The notes beneath the pieces were generated by a model. It saw only the letters and a list, made by a program, of their open reading frames with translations. It made no database searches and was not told the DNA's origin. Source: Octopus vulgaris (taxonomy: Eukaryota). Taken from it: a DNA stretch of 64,000 bases. The position numbers were made by a program, and so were the translations under genes. Each line of letters starts with the position of its first letter. The stretch's first letter is position 1. This document shows, piece by piece, positions 52,906-64,000 of this stretch. The stretch lies in NCBI GenBank assembly GCA_951406725.2, contig OX597832.1, forward strand, positions 36,890,001 to 36,954,000, given 5' to 3'.

Positions 52906-52988
52906 AGCTTACAGTTATTTCTGCTATAAGATGCAGTCAGATCCATAGTTGAGTGACTGAGTGACAACTTGCAGCTTTGTCAGGGCTT
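52906..52988 (-). ncRNA. Decayed hammerhead-like motif
   Basis: - strand: agcc-CTGACAA-a-gctgcaag...cttatagc-a-GAAA-t-aact-GTA-agct. Same layout and flank style as the 9784-10161 element. Confidence 0.45.
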
Positions 52989-55194
52989 CAATCAAAAGAC
53001 AAATAGTGCTGGCAAAATTTGCATTCTCTAAATTGCATAACATCTTTGCAAGAACTTTAGTTAGGTCACACTTGTTGCAATGGAATCAATCACCAAAGTT
53101 CTGTGGATTTAAAGTGAACTTTTAATTACATACATAGAGGCCAGTTGTGCTCTCTAGTGCAATTAGTTCAACTTTTAACACATGTCTATATATAGGTTAA
53201 AAGTTCAACTATATATGATGTTAATAATAATCTCACACACACACACACACACACACACACCAGTCATCTTACCCATTTCCATCAGTTGAAGTTTGAAATT
53301 CAGTTCATAAAACAAATTCTTATATTTGTAAATCAGTTCTTGGTTGTTATTGTTGTGTGTGTGTGCAATTTCGTGTTTTGTTTTTGAAACTTTATACTTT
53401 TATCATCATCAGTAAAACTATCTTTCATTTAAAATTTTCCTCTTTACTCTTTATTTCTATTCACCTCTTCCCCCTTCTTCTCCCCCCCACCCTTCAACTC
53501 CTTCAAAACGACGTAGATTCTAATGGCATTTCTGAAAAATGTTCAAAATCAATTTTTAAGAACGTCAGTATTATTATTTATCATTATTTAAAGTCAGAGT
53601 CGAAATCATCATTATTAATGTAGTGTTTTAAATGTCTTGTTAATGAACATAGTCCATTGTTTGAGGCAAGTGTCACAACAACAACAACAATAACAACAAC
53701 ATAGCAACATCTACTCTATTTCTGCTCCAGGAATATTCTACCTCGCTTCACTCACTCCTCATTTATTAATTAGCTCAATGAAAGAAGAAAAAATAAACTG
53801 ATGTAGTTTCTCTTTCTGGTTTTTCCCTTCTATATTTTTTGCATGTATGTTCACTTTTGTGCTTGTGTGTGTGTATAATGTTTGAATGCTTCTTGCATAT
53901 GTATGTGTACGAGTATGTTTATGATGTGTGTCTGTATAGTTTTGTTTCTATGTATAATTTTGCATTTGAGTGGTTTTGTGTGGGTGTAGTTGCATGTATG
54001 CGGTTATCTGCATGTCTGTGTAAATGTTGGTGTGTGTACGCCATGATTTGTGATTCTGTGTTTGTGTTGGTGTATGTCTAGTGATGTGGTATCGCTCTGC
54101 ATTATCTGTTAAGATGGTTTCAAGACATTTGAAATTCCAAAACAATTGGCCAAGTGATGCTATCAAAAAAGAAAGAAAAGAATCCTCAAATTCTTTCCTT
54201 CCTTTCTCTGACATTTTGCTGCAGCTTTTCAATTTACGAAATTACTTCTGTTTCATTTAGTTAGCTTTACTGTTGTGAACTTTGCTTCATAATTTGTATA
54301 ATTTGTCGAACATTAATTAAACAAGGCAATATTGTTAGTTCTATTAATTCTCTCTTTGATGTCCTCCTTCGTTTACCTCACTAATCTTTCACATCAACTG
54401 TTCGTAAATTCATTTTCTGTTCATTTTTCCCCCATCATAATTAGTAGAATCCCTAATTACCAAATATTTGTTTGATGGGGACCAAACTCTTCATTCTAGA
54501 TCATTGTCCTAGCTTCAAGTTATCTGGTTCCTGAAATCAAAATACATTAGCTCTGACTAATAGAGTAGAGTGAATTCTACCACCTCGGCATTCGAGTGAC
54601 ACAAACACAAAGTTGTGGTGATGCTGTTGTAAAGGGTTTTAACACGGGTTTGAATGACACAATCAGTTGCATTTGTGGTACCCAGTTGCACTATAACAGA
54701 TGTAAGTAATGTGACACAAGTTAGAATTCCTATTTTTACTTCTTACCATTAATGGAATTATTTGACAATTAACTGCCAAACGAAGTTTGTTTATTGATTT
54801 GATTTCGTTTAAAATTCTATGCTCTGTTTGGTTTTGGCATATAAACACCAGGGAGTTCTGCAACTGATCTCTATATTGTCTCAGAGAACTAGCTAACCAA
54901 AATATATCTCACTGTACGACAGGACCGCTTCAATAGGACATTCACCCTGCTTCACCGATGTTAGGTTCCTATTGCAAACAAGAAAGAGAGTTTGTCTGGG
55001 AATGAACATTGACTTCACATCTCTTCTTCTCCTTCCATTACACCAAGTCAAGTCTGTTATTACATCATGTAATGTATTTTCTGCTTTTGATGGAATCTTA
55101 TGAAGCCAATATTGGAAGCTAGGTTTCTCAGTGATGTTGCTGTTTCTTTGTGTGTGTGTCCATATATACATATGTGGATATGTGTGTGTGTATA

Positions 55195-55240
<46 letters not shown>

Positions 55241-55401
55241 TATCAATGTATTTATGCATGCGTGTGTGTTTATGAATCTGTGATGCTAGATTCCTAAAGT
55301 GAAGTTGTGCTGAAACTGATATTGTTGTATTTCCGGATGGTCTTTTTTCTTTCTTTTTTGCCAAATAAACACACACACACTGTATATTCGTTCTTCACTT
55401 G

Positions 55402-55633
55402 TTTATTACTGTTCTTATAACTCGTGTCTATTGTCCTGAAATCTTTCATCACACATCTGTGACCTCTTCAGCAACACTTTCCGTCTTTGTGTTTGCTCTT
55501 GCGCTGCTTATTCCATTCTGTTAAGCAGAGCAAGAGCACAAGTGAAGACAGAAAGTATCGCTGAGAGGGTCACAGATGTGTGATGAAAGATTTCCAGGCA
55601 ATGGACATGAGTTAGAATAAGAACAGTAATAAA
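55402..55633. repeat. Inverted repeat (about 110-bp arms, 11-nt loop) containing a hammerhead-like motif in each arm
   Basis: tttattactgttctta...ctgctta / taagcag...taagaacagtaataaa. The - strand reads CTGAAGA-g-gtcaca(gatg)tgtgat-GAAA-gatttc. The + strand copy has CTGAGAG. Confidence 0.88.
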
Positions 55634-58600
55634 GGAGTAGAGAAGAAATATATCATGCATGTGGTTATCTTGTGAAAAAAAGTCTCCCAAAATACAAAGC
55701 ATGTGTGTGTGTGTGTATATATATAAACGGTGTGGCCATGCCAAAGTTTATTGCAAAGTCCCCTCCTGGAGGATCATTGCCTTTGCATAGTCTAACAAGA
55801 TATCAGATCCTTAACCCTCGTTTTATTATGGAAGGAACTGTGTGAGAGTTTGCTGAAATCTATGAAGTGACATTCTTTCTAAGAAATATATTTAAGCACA
55901 TGCATTAAGCTTCTGTTTTTCAGGGCAACATAATTTTAGATAACAATTGCTGGCCTTAACAAGTATTTTTTATAATCTAGAGGTCATAAATAACTTTGAT
56001 GTCAATGTCTGTTGTTGTTGTTGAGTGGAGCCACAAATTCCAGTGAAAGCTTACTAAGAAAAATAGTAATGCTCACACACCCATCTCCACCCATTAAATC
56101 AGGTTAAGAGTGGCTGGTTTAAATGAAGTCACACAAGCCAGTAAAGCCCCCATCACTCCTATTCCAAGGGACACTTAATAGCAGGACTCTAAACTCCACA
56201 CTATCAATTAAAAAAAAAAAAAGGTCCTGTTCCTACCACATCCTGTAGTGTTAAGTTACTTCATCTCTGTGCTATTCCAAACATACAGTATTACAACCAA
56301 CATTTTTCTTTATTCTATCGCTTCAACCAGTTGTGACTATTTCTACTGAATCCATCTGAGGTAACATTGATGAATCTATTGAAAGGTTTGTCTAACTAAT
56401 AATTCTTATGTGGATTAATCATTACCAACACTGATTAATTATTACCACCACCAGTTTCCTTATAGTCTGGATTTTCCATATTTACTAAAATATCTTAATG
56501 AATATTTTAACAGCTGTAAAAGTATATTGATGACTTTGCAGCTAAACTTTGGATTTTAATGGATTTTTAAATTCAGGAGACATTATCCTATTCCATCATC
56601 TACTTTTCTCTATTGTTATATTCTTCACATAAATAACACTCTGTATTCTTACTTCCCACTAAATGTATATCTCCCTAGCTCCCACTACATTTCTCACTAT
56701 AAACACACTGTCTTGGTTTCCACAGTAGGGTCCCTGTCTCCCCATTTTCCATCCCTTCTATTGTTATACCCTATAATTATCATCATAACTATCTTGACTG
56801 TAAACCACTCCCAGTACCATGTATTTTGAGCGCCACCTACCCTTTTACTAATACAGTTACTAATACATTACTTTACATACCTCTTGGCAGGTAACCCCAC
56901 ACAATGTGTGTGTGTGTGTACATGTAACATATATCGCTGTGACCTCATGACCTTGTTTTTTTACATAACATCAGTTTTGTTGTTATGTCATGTCTACCAC
57001 ACCTAATTTTCTCCTAGTTTCCAAAACTCACAAGCTTAACTTGCTAGAAATAGCAGCAAATTCACACTCAAATCCCACCCTGTTGTCTTGAAGATACATT
57101 GAAGAATTTATTCCTAGACATCCTTAAAAAGACAAGACAGTCATGGCTGGAATAGCATTCGTTGTGGTCTGCTTGATCAGCTGAGGTTCACTTGGTGCTA
57201 AATGACGTCAGCCAAGATAGACGAGTGCTTGAAGATACTTTTCAGAAGAATGAAGGTACCTGAACATTCTTACCGTAGGAACAATTTACTTTTTGTCTCC
57301 TTAATATTATTTATTGAAACTGGTGTTGCACTGGTATATAGGCCCTCCTCTATCATACGGTAGAAACTGGTGTTATGTACAGTGCTCCTACAATCCACTG
57401 TTTTCACATCATAGGAACTAGTTCTACTAGCCGATAGACCAATCTGCATGTTTATAAAAGAGTCAACTTTTCTCAGATTTCTGTATCACTCATTTACCAA
57501 ATGAATGCCACAACATCTCATAGGTGTCCCATTCTTTAAGGATCAGCTAAGCTGTATATATCTGTGACACCTTTCTAACATGTCATCAGCATTATCATCA
57601 ATGCCGCCAACTGTGCTTCATTTACCTGTGTCCAGCCCCTGATGTGAAACAAAATCACTACCTTGTTGGTGGTGTTGTTGTTCTTGTTAACGTACCGTCA
57701 CACAATACTTTCATGGCATGACACATTTACTGTGACAGTGTCAATATTTCACTTACACTAGTCAGGTATGTAATATTATTCTCTCTCTCTCTCTCTCACA
57801 CACATGTATATTCATACAGATGTAAGATAAACTTACAAGCATGTAATTTAAGTCAAAATTAATTTTTATCCTCCCCATGGAAAGTCTAAACCGTGGTTAA
57901 AACCTGTTTTGTTTTTACTTCCATGACCAGAAACAGCCGTATCTCTGAGTTTCAGTGTTTTTATTGCTTCATCAGTCAGTTGTAATTGCTTCCCAATTAA
58001 ATAATTGTCAATGCCAAGTAATACTATTATTATATGCTAAAATACAAGTAACAATGATTAGGTGACTGTCATTGAATGTTTGATTTACTTTTAACATTAC
58101 CGCTGCCACCACATCCAATCCATACCACGACCATCGCACAAAGATAAAGCTTTTGAAACTTATTCTTACAATGACAACTTTATTTCATTATTTCTTGCTT
58201 TTCTGATTTCTTTGAACATTTGTTTCTTTTCTTTTTCTGTCTGATCTCTTGGCTATTCACCTAATTCCTTGCCCCCCCCCCCCCAATGCTGAGTTAGATG
58301 CATGTGTGTGTGTGTGTGTGTGTGACTAGGTTTGTTGAATCATAGTAGTATGTAATTGTGTGTACTCACTGCAGGCCAAAACCATCAGAAATAAGTTGTT
58401 GACCCCATGTCCGTTCAGGATGAACTAACCACAAATGTGTGCAGGTGTGTAGGTTGGTGATGTGTTTGTAGTTTTAAGGTGAGGTTTATGTATCTCACAC
58501 TTGTTGTGAGTAGTTGTTCTGATGTTTGTGTTATGGTCAGTCTGTATAAATGCACCGATGTGTCGAGGAGTGTGTGTGGTTTGCTATGGTAGGGTGAGTG

Positions 58601-58649
58601 TGCGGGAATGGAGTGCAGTGTGGTAACGAGCAGGTATGTTGTCATGATC

Positions 58650-58852
58650 ACACTATTCGTTCCCATAGGGACAGAGCAGCCAAGACAGAAGATGAGGCAG
58701 TGTTCTTTTTGATAGTAAGAAACGGAAAAACTGAGGGATGGGGAAAACCATGTGCAGCTTACTACTGACTTGAAGTGGTCCTCTACTGATGATGTGATGT
58801 TGTTTAGGCTGAAGTCAGATAAATGTTCAGTGTAGTGATCCTCTAACCTATG
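58650..58852 (-). mobile_element. Penelope-like element GIY-YIG endonuclease C-terminal fragment
   Basis: RLEDHYTEHLSDFSLNN..VEDHFKS...KEHCLIFCLGCSVPMGTNS resembles RLxxRFxEH...VxxHF...ExxxIxxLxxxxPxGLN of PLE GIY-YIG domains. Confidence 0.7.
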
Positions 58853-59436
58853 GTTATATTTTGTTTTTGTTTTTTCCAAAACTATGTGACCACAGAATTG
58901 ACATTAACGGCAGTAACTAACATTTCTAGTGATGTGTATGTATGTGTGTGTGTGTGTCATCATCATTATTTAACATCCATTCTTTACCTGCTTGCATGGG
59001 TCAGACAGAGTTTGTTGAGGCTGGATGCCCTTCCTGTTTCCAAGTAAGGTGATGTTTCCCATGACCAGGCATGTTTCATAGGAGAATGGAAGTGAAGGAC
59101 ACAGCTTGCATGACAATAACAATCTTCTGTAACTATCACGTGAAGCAAAGGAAGACAGTTACACACATACACACACGCTTCTGTTAGTTTCTATCTACCA
59201 AATCCACTCATAAGGCTTCGGTTGTGTTAGCCCTGTAGTAGAAGTCTAACATAATGTTGGCCAACTATGAGACAAATTCCAAAGAAAATGCGTCTTTATG
59301 TGCCAGGTGAAAATGGCTCAAATGAAACCCAGCATTCCAACATGTAAAAGCCATCAAAATTAAGAACTTGTTGTTAATGATGTTAAGGACAGTGATTTGC
59401 AGGAACAGAAAGTCTGTTTTGAGCTGATCCCATTGT

Positions 59437-59664
59437 TGAACTCTTTAGCATTTAATCCAGCCATATCCAGCTCAAATATTCTACCTGTTTTATGTTAAAA
59501 CTGGCCAGATCCAACCTCTTGTACCTATCCTACAATGTCATTCTAAAAATATACAAACACACCATTGAAATCTCAAAGCTATGAGATATTGCATGATCGA
59601 TTCAAAACAATGTGAATGAATAAGAATTCCATTTGACAAAGAAATCTGAATGCTAAAGGGTTAA
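59437..59664. mobile_element. piggyBac-like MITE (family P1), full length
   Basis: tgaa|ctctttagcatt ... aatgctaaaggg|TTAA. Confidence 0.8.
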
Positions 59665-60329
59665 TGTTTTTATAATGAATTATGAAAGTCTGTTTCAATG
59701 GATAGAAATGGTCAATTTGCAAAACTCTGCTGACCAGTGGACCTTATTCTGAGTCATTTTGAACACATCAGGAAACCACTCTGTGTGTGTGTGTGTGTGC
59801 ATGCACACACCTCTCTCTCATGGGCCATTGTCATCATAATTCAGTGATGACAGACTTGGGAATATTTCATCCTCCTCTCTCTGCTATTGCTTGATTCACA
59901 AGGGACACTTAACATGCTAGAATTAGCAGCCATATCGCATTCCACTGGCATAATTATGTTTCTTTTAAAGTGTAGGTTCAATTGCTGATTGTATATTGTC
60001 GGCTGATAGTATCTTATTACATTTGTTTGTGACAATTGACTCTTCTCACTTGTATTGTCTTCTTCCTAATATGGGAGAACGAACCCCTCCCCCCTCCATT
60101 CACCTTCTCAAGCTTTTCTTCTGTTAAAGGTAATCCTCTAAGAGAATTAAGACACAATTGTATCCAAAGACCTGGTTTTCAGCAATACCACAGTGATGAC
60201 AATAACAGCAACACTTTAATATCATTGTCCTAGCTTTTGTGTTCACTAAACATGCAATTATTTGAGATGTGTTTATTGTAACGTTCACTGTTTGTTCATG
60301 TCAACTCATTCTTTCCATTGTTTTTGCAG

Positions 60330-60432
60330 AATACAATCGGTTTGAAACAAAAATTCAAGATTTACGGGAACAAATCATGAACACAAGTACTGGCAGTTTA
60401 CGAACAACACAGAAACGAACTCTTTATGTCAG
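60330..60432 (+). CDS. dlg1: Dlg internal exon, PDZ3 alpha3 helix and linker into SH3
   Basis: Acceptor tttttgcag ends 60329, donor gtaagg at 60433. Phase 1 joins G|AA: [34 protein letters not shown](R), matching the Dlg-family EYSRFEAKIHDLREQ...KRSLYVR segment. Confidence 0.97.
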
Positions 60433-60654
60433 GTAAGGAAAGAAGGGAGGTGGTCATTAAGCTCTGCAGTAATTGTGGGAGCTGTAGTTTTGTGATCCTT
60501 TCTACCAATTCGTATGGGAGTCTAACAATTCCCTATCTGAAAGTTTTGGTTTACTTCTAGAGTTCTGTTTCGACGAGGAGGTTTTTCCCTCTTTCTCAAA
60601 GGCTGTCATTACTTTCAAGACAGTACTTCTTGATACACCATACATACATACACA

Positions 60655-60854
60655 CAGTAATTCCCCGACTATTGCGGGTGTTACATTCCAGAAACTTCCA
60701 CGATAGTCGAAAATCCACGAAGTAGAAACAATACTGTACTGTCTATTTTTCTTTCTAATTTGTATATACTTATTTTATTACAAATGCAAAACAATACCAC
60801 GGAGGAATCGACGTAAGCTTAAATAATAAACTGCAGAATGGCGAGGGATTATTG
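60655..60854. mobile_element. pogo/Tigger-like MITE
   Basis: cagtaattccccgactat ... atggcgagggattattg|TA TIRs, 200 bp. Confidence 0.75.
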
Positions 60855-62419
60855 TATATTTACCCACACATCGAAATCTTGTGCTTCAAGTTGAACCTAA
60901 CCTTACTGTAAAATCTGTTGGTTAAAAGGAACATATTCAAAAGCAGATTCTGGAGTTGTCTCTCACAAATCTTCAAGCATTGAGTACTTTTGTATAGTTT
61001 TTTTTTTTTTTGTTTACTTTTTTTTAAAAACCTTGTTACAAGACTTGTCCAGAGCAATTGACCAGAAATTGATTCACCTTTTGAAGGTAGAGATGCAATT
61101 TTTTTTCCCCTCTTAAAGGATGCATTCCTACTTTTATATTTCCCCCAAACCTCACCCAAAAAGAAGTCCCGCATCCTTATTGATTATCTGTTTGAGAAGT
61201 TACGGAATACAAATCATGTCATCAACACTGATTATGAAGCAAAATAAAGGCTTTTAATTTGTTTTGATGGGTGAGATCAATGTCATTTTGACATTAAATC
61301 TTTCTGTAGGGTAACACCACTGCATGGGACTCGGGGCATCAGTGAGTCAGTCCTTAAATGCACAATACCACAAGAATCCTACTAAATTTATTGACATTCA
61401 TTTCAAAGGAGGTGAACCACTCTAATGCAAGGGAGGAAACTCTAATCTCTTCTGTCCTTCATTTTTGCTGTATTTATACCCTTTTTTTCTTTTTAGCTAG
61501 GATGCCTTCTGGTATTTGCTCCATCCCTCACAGTCCAAGCTCAAATCCCACCACTCAGCCTATCATCTTTTCGAGGTTAATAAATCTTTGGACACTGGAT
61601 TTGTTACATTTGGATCTGTTAGTGTATTGGGCACAGTGCTTTGCAAATTTCCACTCTGGCCCTTTGTGTCCTGATAGTAACATCTGTGCTGACCAGTGCA
61701 CAGCTGTATTGGCCCAAGTCAGTGGCCCTTTCCTTGGATAACATCAGCAGCATGGTGTGGGGGGGAGGACTGGTTATCCATGGGAAACCACCAGTCTCCT
61801 TCTTCTTCAGAAATTATCCTGACCTGCACACGCGTGTGCTGATGAATGACCGACTTTGACTTTGACCCCCTAGATTGCACAGACAAAGAGATCCATCAAA
61901 TCCCCAAATCATCACATGACAGCTGGCTTTTATTGCTTTTAGCTGCTTCACTGGTGATGTTGGAGATGTTCAAGTGAGCTGGAGTTTTAGAGTTACACTT
62001 TACATTGCAAATCTTGTGAAAGCTGACTGAAGACCACCTCTTTTTTTTTTGTTGGAACTTGCTAGCACATTTCTCTACTCTTTCCATTCTTCTTAATGAG
62101 ATCTTGTGCATTTGGAGTGACTATAAAAGCTTTCCCCCAAATCCATGGCAATACTCCATGAATGCATATAGATCCATCATCCTCACATCCATTCTCCGTG
62201 CTACCTTGGGCTACACAACATTTGCTGGGGCAGGTTTCTATGACTGGTGAGTTCAACTTATTACCGAGACTCTGACCGGTTTTCAAAGTGAGATATTTTC
62301 ATTCCACTGGCCCTCACATTACAAACCAATGGATCACTGAACCTGCAGGAATTTTATTTACTGGAGAGTGTAAACAGTGTCCATACCTTTATCTTTTTCC
62401 TTTTTTTTCCCCCATCTTT

Positions 62420-62765
62420 TTACTTGTTTCACTCATTAGATGGCAGCCGTGCTGCGGCACCACTTTGAAGAATTTTTAGTTGAATAAATTGATCCCAATA
62501 CTTATATTTTAAGGCCTGGTTCTTATTCTATTGCCCTCTTTTGCTTACCTGCTCAGTTACAGGGATGTAAACACCCCAACACCACTTGCCAAGCAGTGGT
62601 GGGGGATAAAGGCGTGCACACACACACACATATATATACACAATACACTTCTTTCAGTTTCCATCTACCAAATCCACTCTCAAGTGGATTTGGTTGGCCT
62701 GTGGCTATAGTAGAAGACACTTGCCCAAGGTGTGAGGCAGTGGGACTGAACCCGGAACCACATGC
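62420..62765 (-). mobile_element. SINE family B
   Basis: tttacttgtttcactcatt...agaagacacttgcccaagg...gggactgaacccggaaccacatg. Confidence 0.85.
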
Positions 62766-62865
62766 CTGGTCAATTTGTGTTAATGAGGACACAAGGAAAT
62801 AACATTCCTAAACACGCACACGTATATTAACTCACATGACATGTATATGTGTGTGTATGTATATA

Positions 62866-62907
<42 letters not shown>

Positions 62908-63049
62908 AAAGGCTTTCTCTGTTTCATTCTAACCACTTTTATTTTTAAACCATTGTTCTGTTCTAGGTGCCATGTAGTAGGACTATACTTGAAGCCATGC
63001 ACTTGTGAAATGCACTTCATGACCTATCATGCCATTGTCCATATATAGT

Positions 63050-63385
63050 GAAGGCATGTGGTTTAGTGGTTAGGGGTAATCAGCTTACAATCGTAAGGTC
63101 ATAAGTTCAATTCCCAACGGCACACTGTGTCCTTGAGCAAGACGCTTTATTTCACTTTATTGCTCTAGTCCACTCAGCTGGCAAAAAATTAATTGAACCT
63201 GTCTTTCAAAAGGGCCAACCGTGTCAGATTCTGTGTGTCATGCTGAATCTCCCCAAGAACTATGTTAAGGGTATGCATGTCTGTGGAGTGCTCAGCCACT
63301 TGCACGTTAATTTCATGAGCAAGCTGTTCTGTTGATCAGATCAACTGGAACTCACATCCTCATAAACTGACAGAGCACCAGTTTC
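63050..63385 (+). mobile_element. tRNA-derived SINE (A-type head, different 3' part)
   Basis: gtggtttagtggttagg...agttcaattccc...tccttgagcaagacgctttatttcac. The 3' part is shared with about 22420-22560 and related to 34105-34260. Confidence 0.8.
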
Positions 63386-64000
63386 CGGCAGGGAGTTTTT
63401 GTACATATATATAGGGTTATGTATAACTATGTATACAAATGTATGTGTGTAAGATTATCTCAATAATATATGAAGTTGAGTGTAACATTGAATGTAAACG
63501 ACAAGCTTGTGAGATTGAAAGGCAGAGGCATCTAAACATAAAATGCATGTTTTTAATAAGTGTGAACGCAAAGTGGGGAAACATGAGTCATTAAAGAAAG
63601 CAAGATGTTTATTAATAATATTATTGCTGTAAAATTGATAACAGTTTCTCTGTGAAAAAGAAAGGGTGTACAGAAAAGGGGAAGAGAAAGGATTCAGAGA
63701 TGGATTACAGGACTGTCGTTCTATCAAATAAACTTTAACAGATACTGATCCCGCCCTCTCCTCATCCTTTTAAAATCTAATTGAAACTCACAAAAGCGCA
63801 TGCCAACAAAACAAGCCAACCACAATATCCTCGCTGCCACAATCAGCCACCATTTTCATCTGCTGCTTGCTATCACTTAGAAATATATTTTTATCTTATT
63901 TGTTTACTTGCATGTCAAACGAGTGTGAGTGTGGCGCATCAAGTGGGAGGAGGCTTATATTTCAGTGATGACTCAACTTTTCTTTACTGCATCAGTTTGA

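Noticed and set aside
54870-54935. Possible alternative Dlg exon after tgtctcag
   Set aside because: All three frames hit stops within about 50 nt and no good donor follows.

Overview
AT-rich, microsatellite-dense eukaryotic DNA. The SINE/LINE repertoire suggests a coleoid cephalopod such as Octopus (inference). The only host coding sequence I can support is three + strand exons of a discs large (Dlg/DLG1-family MAGUK) gene: 27900-28056, 41878-41980 and 60330-60432. They encode PDZ3 and the PDZ3-SH3 linker, with GT-AG sites and compatible phases, separated by introns of about 13.8 and 18.3 kb. The rest is intronic, or presumed intronic upstream of 27900, and packed with decayed mobile elements: tRNA-derived SINEs, RTE/CR1/CRE-like LINE fragments, mariner and maT-like transposons, piggyBac-, hAT- and Tigger-like MITEs, and a Penelope-like GIY-YIG fragment. 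The most interesting signal is a set of type I hammerhead-ribozyme-like motifs. One has an intact core on the Dlg sense strand at 10001-10098 and the others are decayed. Most lie next to (TA)n/(CA)n tracts, and several sit in long inverted repeats that would fold them into dsRNA. Most of the supplied short ORFs are microsatellite or repeat artefacts. TE family names come from motif recognition by eye, not database searches, and TE boundaries are approximate unless TIRs or TSDs are quoted.
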